Below are positions 9,658 through 18,956 of a stretch of 64,000 nucleotides of DNA, in pieces (the first letter of the stretch is position 1; every line of letters begins with the position of its first letter). The position numbers were made by a program, and so were the translations under genes. The notes under the pieces are model-generated. The model did not search any database. It had not been told where the DNA came from and worked only from the letters and a program-made list of their open reading frames with translations. The DNA is taken from the NCBI GenBank assembly GCA_050633245.1, contig JBOEGD010000011.1:428985-492984 (forward strand). Reading direction: 5' to 3'. This DNA is from Calditrichia bacterium (GTDB lineage: Bacteria > Calditrichota > Calditrichia > RBG-13-44-9 > J075).

Positions 9658-10518
9658 TTACCGGGAAGAGGGGAGAGGCTTTACGGAATAGCCGGCTTTT
9701 TGCAGAAGTTTGATCACACCGGTTTTTCCCGGCAAATGCCCTGCACCAACGGCAATAAAGCTTGACTCTTCTGCAATAAAGTTTTCGATGAGCGGGATCC
9801 AATTGCGATTGCGCTTTACTAAAATGGCTTCATTGAATTCAGCCATATCTTCTTCTTCGATAGAGGCTTTTCGCAAGCCGTTTAGATCCCCAGCAAGATA
9901 GAGGCGCACTAAATTCGCGAATTGACGTCGTTGATCGTTCAGGTCCATCGCAAATTCGGTCATCAACTCGGCGTATTTTTCCTGCGTTAGCTCTTCCAGT
10001 GCAGCAAACTGCTGTGCAGCCGTCTCAAGCTCAAGAACATCAATGCCTCTCTTGTTGGCTCTTTCAAGAAAGACCATTTCATAACTCTTAACCGGTTCGC
10101 CAACGAGCTTGGGCAAAACAGACATCACAACAAAGAACGGCTTGATCCGATTCATCTGGTTCAGATCAATGCTAAAGCTATCAGAAAAAACCTTTGCAAC
10201 GGAGCTAAAATCATCCCCGAGTAAAGATTGCAGCGTTTTATCGTCCGTAAGCAGCATGGAGGCCATCGCTGCCTGCTGCACAGCCGGGCTTTGAGGGTTC
10301 AGTTCAAGAACCAGCTGATCTGAAGCAGCAAGCGCTGCTTCAGCATTTTCTTTTAGAATAAACTTCGATTCACCAATCATGTGAACCGTGCCAAAGAGAT
10401 AGGAAGGCTGTTCAAGCTTTTCATGGGATATTTCCCAGAGCAGTGACTTTGGAGCAGAGCAGCCGGCACCGAGCCCCAACAAAGCGGCAGAAAAGAGTAG
10501 AGATTTTAAGAAGCGCAT
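9658..10518 (-). CDS. TraB/GumN (Tiki-like) family lipoprotein
   Basis: AGC lipobox; LLWEI...SYLFGTVH, RNRNW and FIAVGAGHL motifs. Confidence 0.9.
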   Translation of the reverse strand: MRFLKSLLFSAALLGLGAGCSAPKSLLWEISHEKLEQPSYLFGTVHMIGESKFILKENAEAALAASDQLVLELNPQSPAVQQAAMASMLLTDDKTLQSLLGDDFSSVAKVFSDSFSIDLNQMNRIKPFFVVMSVLPKLVGEPVKSYEMVFLERANKRGIDVLELETAAQQFAALEELTQEKYAELMTEFAMDLNDQRRQFANLVRLYLAGDLNGLRKASIEEEDMAEFNEAILVKRNRNWIPLIENFIAEESSFIAVGAGHLPGKTGVIKLLQKAGYSVKPLPSSR

Positions 10519-10533
10519 AGAATGTCCCGATAT

Positions 10534-10830
10534 TTAGAACACCACCAGATAAACCGCAATAAGCGTTAGAAGGACAGAGCCTGAAACCCCGCCGATCCAG
10601 ATCGCCTTTTTCTGTGGCACCTCACCGGAAGCATTCTTTAAGCCAAGGAGCGAAACGCTGATTAAGCCAAAGGCACTTCCAATAAAGAAACCAAGAACAA
10701 GTGCTATAAGCAAAATCACAGACAGGATTTCCCAGAAGTATCCGGTATTGTGAATCGGCCTTGCCAACGCAATACCCGTAAAATCAATCACAAGAAGAAT
10801 ACAGAATAATCGTTGAAATTTCCTATTCAT
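10534..10830 (-). CDS. Small hypothetical membrane protein
   Basis: 98 aa with about 3 hydrophobic helices; abuts the gcvT stop codon. Confidence 0.6.
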   Translation of the reverse strand: MNRKFQRLFCILLVIDFTGIALARPIHNTGYFWEILSVILLIALVLGFFIGSAFGLISVSLLGLKNASGEVPQKKAIWIGGVSGSVLLTLIAVYLVVF

Positions 10831-11913
10831 TTATTCAACAAAGGGAGTTTTTACGATTGTTGCCGGTGCTGTTCTGCCACGTGCTTCTATCTTAATGGCG
10901 GTGTCTTCAGCAGCCAACTCTTTGGGAACGTAAGCCAAGCCGATATTCTGCTCAAGAATTGGAGAAAAACAGCCGCTGGTTACCTGTCCAACCACCTCAC
11001 CATTGTGAAGCACATTGTATCCTGTTCGTGGAATCATGCGACCATCAATAACAAAACCAGCCAGCTTGCGGGTAATACCCGCCTCTTTAACTGCCTGAAG
11101 CGCCTCACGGCCAATAAAATCGCCTTTTTTCAGCTTGGTGATCCAGCCAAGTCCGGCCTCATAGGTATTGGTTGTTTCATCAATGTCATTGCCATATAAG
11201 CAGTATTTTTTCTCGAGTCTTAATGAATCGCGTGCGCCCAAGCCGATCGGAGCAATATCAAACTCGGCTCCAGCCTCAAAGATCTTTTCCCAAACGGCTT
11301 CGGATTCCTCACGTGGAAAGTAGAGTTCAAATCCCGGCTCTCCGGTATAGCCGGTGCAGGAAATAATCATTTCAACACCTGCAAGCTTGCCTTCTACAAA
11401 GCGGTAGAACTTTATTTCAGATAAATCGATATCTGTCAACTTTTGAAGCGTTGCCGTTGCATCTTTACCCTGCACTGCCAGCTGACTGATGTCATCGCTA
11501 ATATCGACAAACTCAACACCGTCTTTGGCGTGCTGTTTCATCCAGGCCACGTCTTTTTCGATATTCGAGGCATTAATTACCAGCAAAAGCTCGCCTTCCT
11601 TGCGGTTATAAACGATTAGATCATCTATGATGCCACCATTCTCAAGACACATTGCGTTATACTGTGCCTGCCCGATTACCGTTTTTGCCACGTTATTGGT
11701 GACAAGATTGTTTACAACATCTATAGCATTAGCACCTCTGGCCAACACTTCCCCCATATGCGAGACATCGAATACTCCAACGGTTGAGCGAACCCGTTTG
11801 TGTTCTTCAAGTATACTGGAATATTGAATGGGCATTTCGTATCCGGCGAAGGAAACCATTTTACCACCGTGCTTAACGTGTAAATCATAAAAGGCTGTGT
11901 GCTTAAGGGTCAT
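10831..11913 (-). CDS. gcvT: Glycine cleavage system aminomethyltransferase T
   Basis: FAGYEMPIQY, GVFDVSHMGE, TGYTGEPGFE and GLGARDSLRLE motifs. Confidence 0.97.
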   Translation of the reverse strand: MTLKHTAFYDLHVKHGGKMVSFAGYEMPIQYSSILEEHKRVRSTVGVFDVSHMGEVLARGANAIDVVNNLVTNNVAKTVIGQAQYNAMCLENGGIIDDLIVYNRKEGELLLVINASNIEKDVAWMKQHAKDGVEFVDISDDISQLAVQGKDATATLQKLTDIDLSEIKFYRFVEGKLAGVEMIISCTGYTGEPGFELYFPREESEAVWEKIFEAGAEFDIAPIGLGARDSLRLEKKYCLYGNDIDETTNTYEAGLGWITKLKKGDFIGREALQAVKEAGITRKLAGFVIDGRMIPRTGYNVLHNGEVVGQVTSGCFSPILEQNIGLAYVPKELAAEDTAIKIEARGRTAPATIVKTPFVE

Positions 11914-12009
11914 AAGTGATGCTCCAGGATATTAAGATGTGTTGAACAGGACGTCTCAACTAACAATATTGAATAAAGATAATCTATAGTTTGCTGCAAA
12001 CAAGGGGCT

Positions 12010-12052
12010 AAAAAAAATGACCCTTCAAACTCACCGCAAGTCTGAAGGGTCA
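12010..12052 (-). terminator. Rho-independent terminator
   Basis: TGACCCTTCAGACT-TGCGGTG-AGTTTGAAGGGTCA followed by 8 T on the minus strand. Confidence 0.85.
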
Positions 12053-12103
12053 ATGTCATTGGAGGAGGCCTATGTGGGAGGAAACTTTCGTTTCCAATAG
12101 ACT
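12010..12103 (-). ncRNA. Candidate ~95-nt small RNA (or attenuator) with anti-SD CCUCC motifs
   Basis: Sigma-28-like promoter upstream, GGAAAC-GAAA-GUUUCC hairpin, CCUCCC and CCUCCUCC motifs, strong Rho-independent terminator; no ORF. Confidence 0.55.
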
Positions 12104-12110
12104 AACTACA

Positions 12111-12137
12111 TCATCGCCGGGTATATAAAATACTTTA
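12111..12137 (-). promoter_or_regulatory. Sigma-28 (FliA)-like promoter TAAA-N15-GGCGATGA
   Basis: Exact 15-nt spacer and 6/8 match to the GCCGATAA -10 consensus. Confidence 0.5.
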
Positions 12138-12306
12138 GGAAAAAAATGAATATTTTTAACTTTTTTTGTTAAACCGCGTATTTATGGGGTTTGTAATGGT
12201 ATTTTGCCTGAGATTATAATTCCTATGCCAGTTGCAATTATAGTGACTTTTCCAGTATATTCCGACCGACCCTTAACACGGTAACATTGAATAGGAGAAA
12301 TTTTCC

Positions 12307-13554
12307 ATGAGTATATATGATTATGATGTAGTAATAGTTGGTGGCGGACCGGGCGGTGCAACAACTGCATTGTATGCCGAGCAAATGGGGCTAAAATGTC
12401 TTGTTGTAGACAAGAAGTCCTTCCCGAGAGACAAAATTTGTGGTGACGCGCTGTCTGGTAAGGCAGTAGTTTATTTGCGCGAGCTGGGCTTGATTGAAGA
12501 ATTAGAGAAAAATGATCAGGTTCCGGTCCACGGCGTTATTTTCTCAGCTCCCAACCACAAAGCAATCGATATTCCATTCGACCCTAACAACAAGGCTAAA
12601 GCACCGGGCTATGTGTGTCGTCGTACTGTGTTTGATAATCTTCTATTTCAGGCCGCTAAAAAGAAAGTTGATACAATTGAGGACTTTACGGTAAAAGACC
12701 TCATAAAAAAGGGTGACCAGGTAATGGGGATCCGTGGAACCAGCAAAGATGGTAAAGAGCTTCAGTTTACCGCCAAGGTGGTAATCGGCGCTGATGGTTT
12801 TAGCTCGATGGTTGCCAGGAAAACCGGTCTGTACAAGCACGATCCCAGACATTTATTGGTCGCAACCCGCGCATACTATCGCAATGTGCATGAAATGAAA
12901 GACTCTATTGAGTTGCATTATGTCGAAGAAGTCATTCCCGGTTACTTCTGGATTTTCCCGCTCGAAAATGGCTATGTGAACGTGGGGATCGGCATGGTTC
13001 ACAAATATTTGAAGCAGCGCAATGTAGATCTTCGCACTGCTCACGTTGCCGCGACTGAAAGTGATGCATTTAAGCATCGCTTTAAGGATGCCGAGCTGGT
13101 TGGCGATATTGTTGCCTGGAACCTGCCGGTAGGCAGCACACGTCGTAAGGCGTATGGAGATGGTTTCCTTCTAATCGGTGATGCCGCCGGTCTGATCGAT
13201 CCGTTTACCGGTGAAGGTATCGGCAATGCCATGTGTTCTGGCAAGATTGCTGCAGAAGTTCTGACAGAAGTCTGCAAGGGTAGTGACTATACTGAAAAGA
13301 CCCTGAGTGAATATCAGGATCGAATCTGGAAGAGACTTGGCGCCGAAATGACTCTGTCCTACAATTTGCAGCGAGTGGGCAAACACAAGTCGCTTGTTAA
13401 TCTGGTAGTAGGTAAAGCAGCAAAGAGCCCTGATGTTTCACTTTGGATCTCCGATATGATGGCAGGACGACATACCAAAAAAGCTCTTCTGAATCCGGCA
13501 ACCTATTTCAAGCTCTTGACGAATCGTAAAATCAACTCTGTCTCAAACAGTTAG
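12307..13554 (+). CDS. Geranylgeranyl reductase family FAD-dependent oxidoreductase
   Basis: GGGPGG, FPRDKICGD, GYFWIFP and GDAAGLIDPFTGEGI motifs. Confidence 0.9.
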   Translation: MSIYDYDVVIVGGGPGGATTALYAEQMGLKCLVVDKKSFPRDKICGDALSGKAVVYLRELGLIEELEKNDQVPVHGVIFSAPNHKAIDIPFDPNNKAKAPGYVCRRTVFDNLLFQAAKKKVDTIEDFTVKDLIKKGDQVMGIRGTSKDGKELQFTAKVVIGADGFSSMVARKTGLYKHDPRHLLVATRAYYRNVHEMKDSIELHYVEEVIPGYFWIFPLENGYVNVGIGMVHKYLKQRNVDLRTAHVAATESDAFKHRFKDAELVGDIVAWNLPVGSTRRKAYGDGFLLIGDAAGLIDPFTGEGIGNAMCSGKIAAEVLTEVCKGSDYTEKTLSEYQDRIWKRLGAEMTLSYNLQRVGKHKSLVNLVVGKAAKSPDVSLWISDMMAGRHTKKALLNPATYFKLLTNRKINSVSNS

Positions 13555-13586
13555 TCTTGAGCAGCATAAAGAACTGTAGTGAAAAT

Positions 13587-14498
13587 ATGAAAATTGTTAT
13601 ATCCGGAGCCACGGGGATGTTGGGACGTCCGCTCTGTGCTGCTCTTCTGAAAGATGGCTATGAGATCGTCGCTCTTTCGCGCAGTGCATCAAGTGCTCAG
13701 CGGAAGCTGGGATCAGATGTAACCTGTCTTGAATGGGACGGAAAAAGAGTAGGGGAGTGGGCATCTGCAGTTGATGGCGCAACCGGCGTTATCAATCTTG
13801 CTGGAGAGAACATTGCAGGTGCGCGCTGGACGGAAAGCTACAAGAAACGTATTATTGACAGCAGGGTAAATGCCGGTAATGCAATAAGTGAAGCAATACT
13901 GATGGCTAAGGCTAAGCCGGATTTCTTAATTCAGGCTTCAGCCACGGGATATTATGGCCACCGCAATGACGAAGTTCTCGATGAGTCCTCTACACTGGGA
14001 GATACGTTTCTGGCTGAGGTTGTGGACAAGTGGGAAAAGTCTATCGCTGCGTTAGAAAATGAGCCCGTTCGCATTGTATTTCCACGCATTGGAGTGGTAG
14101 TAGGAAAAGAAGGCGGCATTGTTGAGAAAATGAAGCTGCCGTTTCAGCTATTTGTCGGTGGGCCTCCGGGGAGCGGTAAACAGTGGATTTCCTGGATTCA
14201 CATCACAGATGTGGTAAACGCCATTCGCTTCCTGGCAAAAACATCCTCAACAGCGGGATACTATAATCTTACAGCTCCGAATCCGGTACGCATGAACGAA
14301 TTTTGTAAAGCTTTTGGTGCAGCACTGGGGAGACCTTCATGGATGCCGGTTCCAGCTTTTGCGCTAAAGCTTGCCCTACAGCAAATGGCAGAAGAAACCG
14401 CGCTGATTAGTCAACGCATCCAACCAACCAGGCTTCTGACTGCCGGTTTCAACTTCAGCTTTCCGGATATAACCAAAGCTCTTAATGATCAACTATAA
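13587..14498 (+). CDS. TIGR01777/YfcH-like NAD-dependent epimerase
   Basis: MKIVISGATGMLG, NLAGENIA.RW, GKQWISWIHITD, GFNFSFP. Confidence 0.92.
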   Translation: MKIVISGATGMLGRPLCAALLKDGYEIVALSRSASSAQRKLGSDVTCLEWDGKRVGEWASAVDGATGVINLAGENIAGARWTESYKKRIIDSRVNAGNAISEAILMAKAKPDFLIQASATGYYGHRNDEVLDESSTLGDTFLAEVVDKWEKSIAALENEPVRIVFPRIGVVVGKEGGIVEKMKLPFQLFVGGPPGSGKQWISWIHITDVVNAIRFLAKTSSTAGYYNLTAPNPVRMNEFCKAFGAALGRPSWMPVPAFALKLALQQMAEETALISQRIQPTRLLTAGFNFSFPDITKALNDQL

Positions 14499-14543
14499 CA
14501 ATACGATAATATAATAAAAGAATTTTTTAAGGAGAGATCTGCA

Positions 14544-15548
14544 ATGGCTTATGATGTTGTTTCAATTCCCGGTGATGGTATCGGACCGGAAGTTTCAAAT
14601 GCTACTCGCCGGGTAGTCGATGCAACCGGAGTTAATATAAACTGGCATGAGTACCCTGCCGGCGCAGCCTGTATCGAGTCTCATGGCAAACCTTTGCCAG
14701 ACGAAACGGTAGATGCCATTCGCAAATATAAAATCGGCCTTAAAGGTCCGGTGGCTACGCCGATCGGTACAGGCTTTCGTTCTGTGAACGTTGAACTGCG
14801 TAAGCAGCTTGATTTGTTCGCCAATTTTCGCCCGGCCCTATCCGTGAAAGGCATTAAGTGCCGCTATCAAAATGTGGATCTTATCGTGATTCGCGAAAAC
14901 ACAGAAGGTCTGTATAGCGGTCTGGAACACGAAGTTGTTCCCGGCGTTGTGGAAAGCCAGCGGATTATTACGCAGGTCAATTCCGAGCGCATTGTCGATG
15001 CAGCGTTTCGCGTTGCTACAAATCTGAATCGCAAGAAGGTAACTGCTGTTCATAAGGCGAATATTCTTAAACTTAGTGACGGTCTGTTTCTAAATGTAGC
15101 AAGAGAAGTAGCAAAGAAATACCCGGATATTGAATACGATGAAGCAATTGTTGATGCAACTGCTATGAAGTTGGTTCAGGATCCTTCACAATTCGACGTA
15201 ATGGTTATGGAAAACCTGTTTGGTGACATTATCTCAGATCTTACCAGTGGTCTTATCGGTGGACTTGGTGTTGCGCCCAGTGCAAATATCGGAACCGATT
15301 ATGCGGTATTTGAAGCTGTTCACGGTAGTGCACCGGATATCGCCGGTAAGGGAATTGCTAATCCTACCGCGCTTACGATCTCCGCTTCATTAATGCTGAA
15401 GCACCTCGGCGAAACAGATGCAGCGGACAGAGTACGCAATGCCGTTAATACGGTAATAGGCGAAGGAACATCTGTTACTCCTGATTTGGGTGGAACGGCC
15501 AATACAGATGAATATGTCGACGCACTCATCAAGGAGATTCAGTCTTAA
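14544..15548 (+). CDS. Isocitrate/isopropylmalate dehydrogenase family protein (probably NAD-dependent IDH)
   Basis: GDGIGPEV, SVNVELRK, RENTEGLY, NLFGDIISDL, FEAVHGSAPDIAG. Confidence 0.9.
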   Translation: MAYDVVSIPGDGIGPEVSNATRRVVDATGVNINWHEYPAGAACIESHGKPLPDETVDAIRKYKIGLKGPVATPIGTGFRSVNVELRKQLDLFANFRPALSVKGIKCRYQNVDLIVIRENTEGLYSGLEHEVVPGVVESQRIITQVNSERIVDAAFRVATNLNRKKVTAVHKANILKLSDGLFLNVAREVAKKYPDIEYDEAIVDATAMKLVQDPSQFDVMVMENLFGDIISDLTSGLIGGLGVAPSANIGTDYAVFEAVHGSAPDIAGKGIANPTALTISASLMLKHLGETDAADRVRNAVNTVIGEGTSVTPDLGGTANTDEYVDALIKEIQS

Positions 15549-15621
15549 TTCTTAGTTGAGGCTTGAAAATAGCGACCCTTTCCATTATCTTACTTTGTGA
15601 ATGGAAACACAAGGAGCCATT

Positions 15622-16101
15622 ATGTTGTCCGTAACGGACTTTATTGATACATGCAGAGAAATTGGTTTAAACGTAACGTATCAGCGGATTTTGATCTACA
15701 AATCACTGATCAAAACGCGGAGCCATCCAACGGCAGAGGAAATCTATTCAGATGTAAAGCTCGAATATCCTTCAATTTCGCTTGCGACCGTTTATAAAAC
15801 ACTCGAGACGCTAGCTGAGAATAAGCTGATTGGCAAGGTAACACCGCTGCATGATTTAGCTCGTTACGACGGAGATACCGAGCCGCATCATCACCTTGTA
15901 TGTCTTGAATGTCGTGGTGTTAGCGACATTCATGATCCGTCCTTAAATAAGATTCCACTGCCTGAGCAAGAGGGGTTTACAGCTCAAAGCTATCGGATTC
16001 AGTTTGAAGGGATTTGTCAGGACTGTCAGAATGCTATAGACGCAGAAAAAAAGCGCCTGGAAAGTGGAAATATGACCTTCTGTGGCAAGGCTAAGAACTA
16101 G
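15622..16101 (+). CDS. Fur family regulator, PerR-like
   Basis: HPTAEEIY, ISLATVYKTL, RYDGDTEPHHHLVCLEC...CQDC; SD AAGGAG before ATG 15622. Confidence 0.88.
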   Translation: MLSVTDFIDTCREIGLNVTYQRILIYKSLIKTRSHPTAEEIYSDVKLEYPSISLATVYKTLETLAENKLIGKVTPLHDLARYDGDTEPHHHLVCLECRGVSDIHDPSLNKIPLPEQEGFTAQSYRIQFEGICQDCQNAIDAEKKRLESGNMTFCGKAKN

Positions 16102-16129
16102 AAACACATGATATATTAGATTTTATTTG

Positions 16130-16166
16130 AAAGCCGCCTGCTCGTCTTATCGGGTGGCGGCTTTTT
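16130..16166 (+). terminator. Rho-independent terminator after the PerR-like gene
   Basis: AAAGCCGCC...GGCGGCTTTTT. Confidence 0.8.
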
Positions 16167-16242
16167 GTATGCAAAAAATTCACTTGCATCAGCCATCATT
16201 CCTCCTTAACTACATCTCTTTCGGATCAGCAAAGGAACCACT

Positions 16243-17226
16243 ATGAGAGCTATTTTAGTTAAAGAACCGGGCACAGCAGAAGAACTCGTTATGCGAGATT
16301 TTCCGACGCCAGAGCCCGGTAGCGACGAGCTGCTTGTTCGCGTAAAAGCAACCGCCTTGAACCGGGCAGATATTCTCCAACGTGAAGGACGCTACAGCCC
16401 ACCGCAGGGCGCAAGCCCTATTCTAGGTCTCGAAATGGCTGGCATCGTCGAACAGGTTGGTCCCAAGTGCTCCGGTTGGCACAAAGGAGACCGCGTTTGC
16501 GCTCTACTGCCTGGAGGCGGTTATGCTCAATATGTTACTGTGCCGGCACGCATGGCCATCCCGGTTCCGGAGAACTTTAGTTTTGAAGATGCCGCAGCCA
16601 TTCCCGAGGTGTTTTTAACTGCATATCAGGCATTATTCTGGTTGGGGAAACTGAAACGAGATGAGCACGTATTGATTCACGCCGGTGCAAGTGGTGTGGG
16701 AACGGCCGCAATTCAGCTGGTTCGCAACAGCGGGTCGATGGCAATTGTTACTGCCGGGTCAGATGAAAAATTGCAGTTTTGTCGTGACCTCGGTGCAAGC
16801 GTGGCCATTAACTATCGCAATGAAGAATTTCCGGAAAAGGTTCTCGATACCACAAACGGGCTGGGCGTTAATCTGATCTTGGACTGTGTTGGTGCATCTT
16901 ACTGGGAAAAGAATATGGAGTCGATTGCCGTTGATGGTCGAGTTGTTCTAATTGCGACAATGGGGGGAGCCAAGATTGATGACTTTGATCTGCTCAATAT
17001 TCTTCGGAAGAGAATCCATCTGCTCGGAACCACTTTACGTGCGCGTAGCCGTGAGTATAAGATAGACCTGACCTCTGCATTTGTGCGCAATATTCTACCG
17101 GGCTTTGCAGATGGCCTATATAAGCCGGTAGTGGACTCTGTTTATAACTGGACGGAAGTTCGCAACGCACATATTTACATGGAAGAGAACAAGAACAAAG
17201 GCAAAATTGTACTAACGGTGGACTAG
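16243..17226 (+). CDS. NAD(P)H-quinone oxidoreductase, PIG3 family (MDR)
   Basis: NRADILQREGRY, LGLEMAG, HAGASGVGTAAIQ, GKIVL. Confidence 0.93.
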   Translation: MRAILVKEPGTAEELVMRDFPTPEPGSDELLVRVKATALNRADILQREGRYSPPQGASPILGLEMAGIVEQVGPKCSGWHKGDRVCALLPGGGYAQYVTVPARMAIPVPENFSFEDAAAIPEVFLTAYQALFWLGKLKRDEHVLIHAGASGVGTAAIQLVRNSGSMAIVTAGSDEKLQFCRDLGASVAINYRNEEFPEKVLDTTNGLGVNLILDCVGASYWEKNMESIAVDGRVVLIATMGGAKIDDFDLLNILRKRIHLLGTTLRARSREYKIDLTSAFVRNILPGFADGLYKPVVDSVYNWTEVRNAHIYMEENKNKGKIVLTVD

Positions 17227-17228
17227 AA

Positions 17229-17747
17229 ATGGAAAGAACTGCAGACGAGTGGATCAATTTGTTGAGACTGTCTAAGCATCCTGAAGGTGGATATTTTAAG
17301 GAAGTCTATCGCTCTGATGGTGGCGTTGAGATGTCTGCATTACCGAAGCGCTATGGAATGCGAGGGCGTCGCTCATTCTGTACCTCGATTTATTACTTGC
17401 TAAAATCTGAAGAATTTTCGGCTCTCCATCGCTTGCGATCGGATGAGACCTGGCATTTCTACGCCGGGAGTCCATTAAAAATCAGTATTCTTTCGGCAGC
17501 CGGTGTACATAGTGAAGTGTTTTTAGGAAATGATCCGCTCAACAATCAGAACTTGCAGGCCGTCATTCCACATAATCATTGGTTTGGTGCAAAGGTTATA
17601 CAAACCGGCGGCTTTACACTCGCCGGCTGTACTGTATCACCAGGATTTGACTTTAAAGATTTCGAAATGGGGGAGAGGGGTAAACTTTTAAAACGTTTCC
17701 CCGATCACGCGACACTTATTGAAGCACTGACTCACGAGCCCGAATAA
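17229..17747 (+). CDS. Cupin domain protein (DUF985/Cupin_5)
   Basis: HPEGGYFKE, TSIYYLL, SDETWHFYAG, GCTVSPGFDFKDFE. Confidence 0.92.
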   Translation: MERTADEWINLLRLSKHPEGGYFKEVYRSDGGVEMSALPKRYGMRGRRSFCTSIYYLLKSEEFSALHRLRSDETWHFYAGSPLKISILSAAGVHSEVFLGNDPLNNQNLQAVIPHNHWFGAKVIQTGGFTLAGCTVSPGFDFKDFEMGERGKLLKRFPDHATLIEALTHEPE

Positions 17748-18912
17748 CCTTAAACGCCTGCTCAAGATCCTGAAGCAGATCATCCACATTTTCAATCCCT
17801 ACCGACAATCGAATTAATCCATCGGCAAGACCAATGCGCTCACGTTCTTCAACAGGAACCGATGCATGTGTCATTAAAGCAGGTAATTCGATAAGAGACT
17901 CAACGCCACCCAGACTTTCAGCGAGAGCAAAATATTCCGTTGCCTCAGTGAAACGCTTGGCCCCATCAAGGTCTGCATCCAGTTCGAAGGAAACCATTCC
18001 ACCAAAGCCATGCATTTGCTCTTTTGCCAACTTATGCTGAGGATGACTTTCCAGCCCCGGATAAATAACGCGATTTACCTGAGCATGATCTTCCAGATAG
18101 CGGGCAATTTGCATCGCGTTCGATTCGTGCTGCCTCATACGAACCGCAAGCGTTTTTGTACCACGTGAAAGCAAATAGCTGTCAAAAGGAGAAAGCATTG
18201 TTCCCGCAGCGTTCTGCGTAAACTTCAGCTTCTCATACAGATCTTCAGTGGAGGTCATGAGTGCACCACCAACGCTATCACTATGTCCGTTCATATATTT
18301 AGTCGTACTGTGCATAACAATGTCTGCACCCAGCTCAAGTGGACGCTGAAAATAGGCACTCATAAATGTATTGTCTACTGCGACCAGAACATCGCGCTTA
18401 TGCGCAATCTCAGAGATAGCTGCAATATCACAAAGTTTTAGCAGGGGGTTGGTTGGTGTTTCCAGCCAGATAAGCTTGGTATTGTCTTGAATAGCCTCTT
18501 CAACGAGAAGAGGCTCGCGTGCATCGACAAAACTAAAGCTGACATCGAATCGCTCTTCAAAAACGCGTGAGAAAAGCCTTCGTGATCCACCATAGAGATC
18601 ATCAAATGCAACCACATGATCCCCCGCTTTTAGCAGTGCCAAGATAACGGTCGTCTCAGAAGCGAGTCCACAGGCGAAAGCCAGGCCGTATTTTGCATTC
18701 TCCAATGCAGCAAGACGTTTCTCGACTGCGTCTCGGGTCGGATTGCCGGATCGAGAATATTCATAGCCTGCTGTCGGCACATCAATATCTTTTCGTGCAA
18801 AAGTCGAGGACAAATGAATTGGAACAGAGACATCGCCTGATCCGCCGTCTTTTAAGTTTGGCTTTTCACCAGCGTGAATTGCGCGAGTTTCAAATTTCAT
18901 AGATTTCGACAT
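17716..18912 (-). CDS. Cystathionine gamma-lyase/gamma-synthase family PLP enzyme
   Basis: YEYSRSGNPT, ETPTNP, DNTF, HSTTKYMNGHSD, LIRLSVGIE; SD GGAGA before ATG 18912. Confidence 0.93.
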   Translation of the reverse strand: MSKSMKFETRAIHAGEKPNLKDGGSGDVSVPIHLSSTFARKDIDVPTAGYEYSRSGNPTRDAVEKRLAALENAKYGLAFACGLASETTVILALLKAGDHVVAFDDLYGGSRRLFSRVFEERFDVSFSFVDAREPLLVEEAIQDNTKLIWLETPTNPLLKLCDIAAISEIAHKRDVLVAVDNTFMSAYFQRPLELGADIVMHSTTKYMNGHSDSVGGALMTSTEDLYEKLKFTQNAAGTMLSPFDSYLLSRGTKTLAVRMRQHESNAMQIARYLEDHAQVNRVIYPGLESHPQHKLAKEQMHGFGGMVSFELDADLDGAKRFTEATEYFALAESLGGVESLIELPALMTHASVPVEERERIGLADGLIRLSVGIENVDDLLQDLEQAFKVIRARESVLQ

Positions 18913-18956
18913 AAAGTTCTCCAAGCGATCCAAATCGCCTTATTTTGTGATTTAGA

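Noticed and set aside
11914-12110. Glycine riboswitch upstream of gcvT
   Set aside because: The GGAGA, CACCGAAG and CTCTCAGG core motifs are absent; the structure fits an sRNA or other attenuator better.
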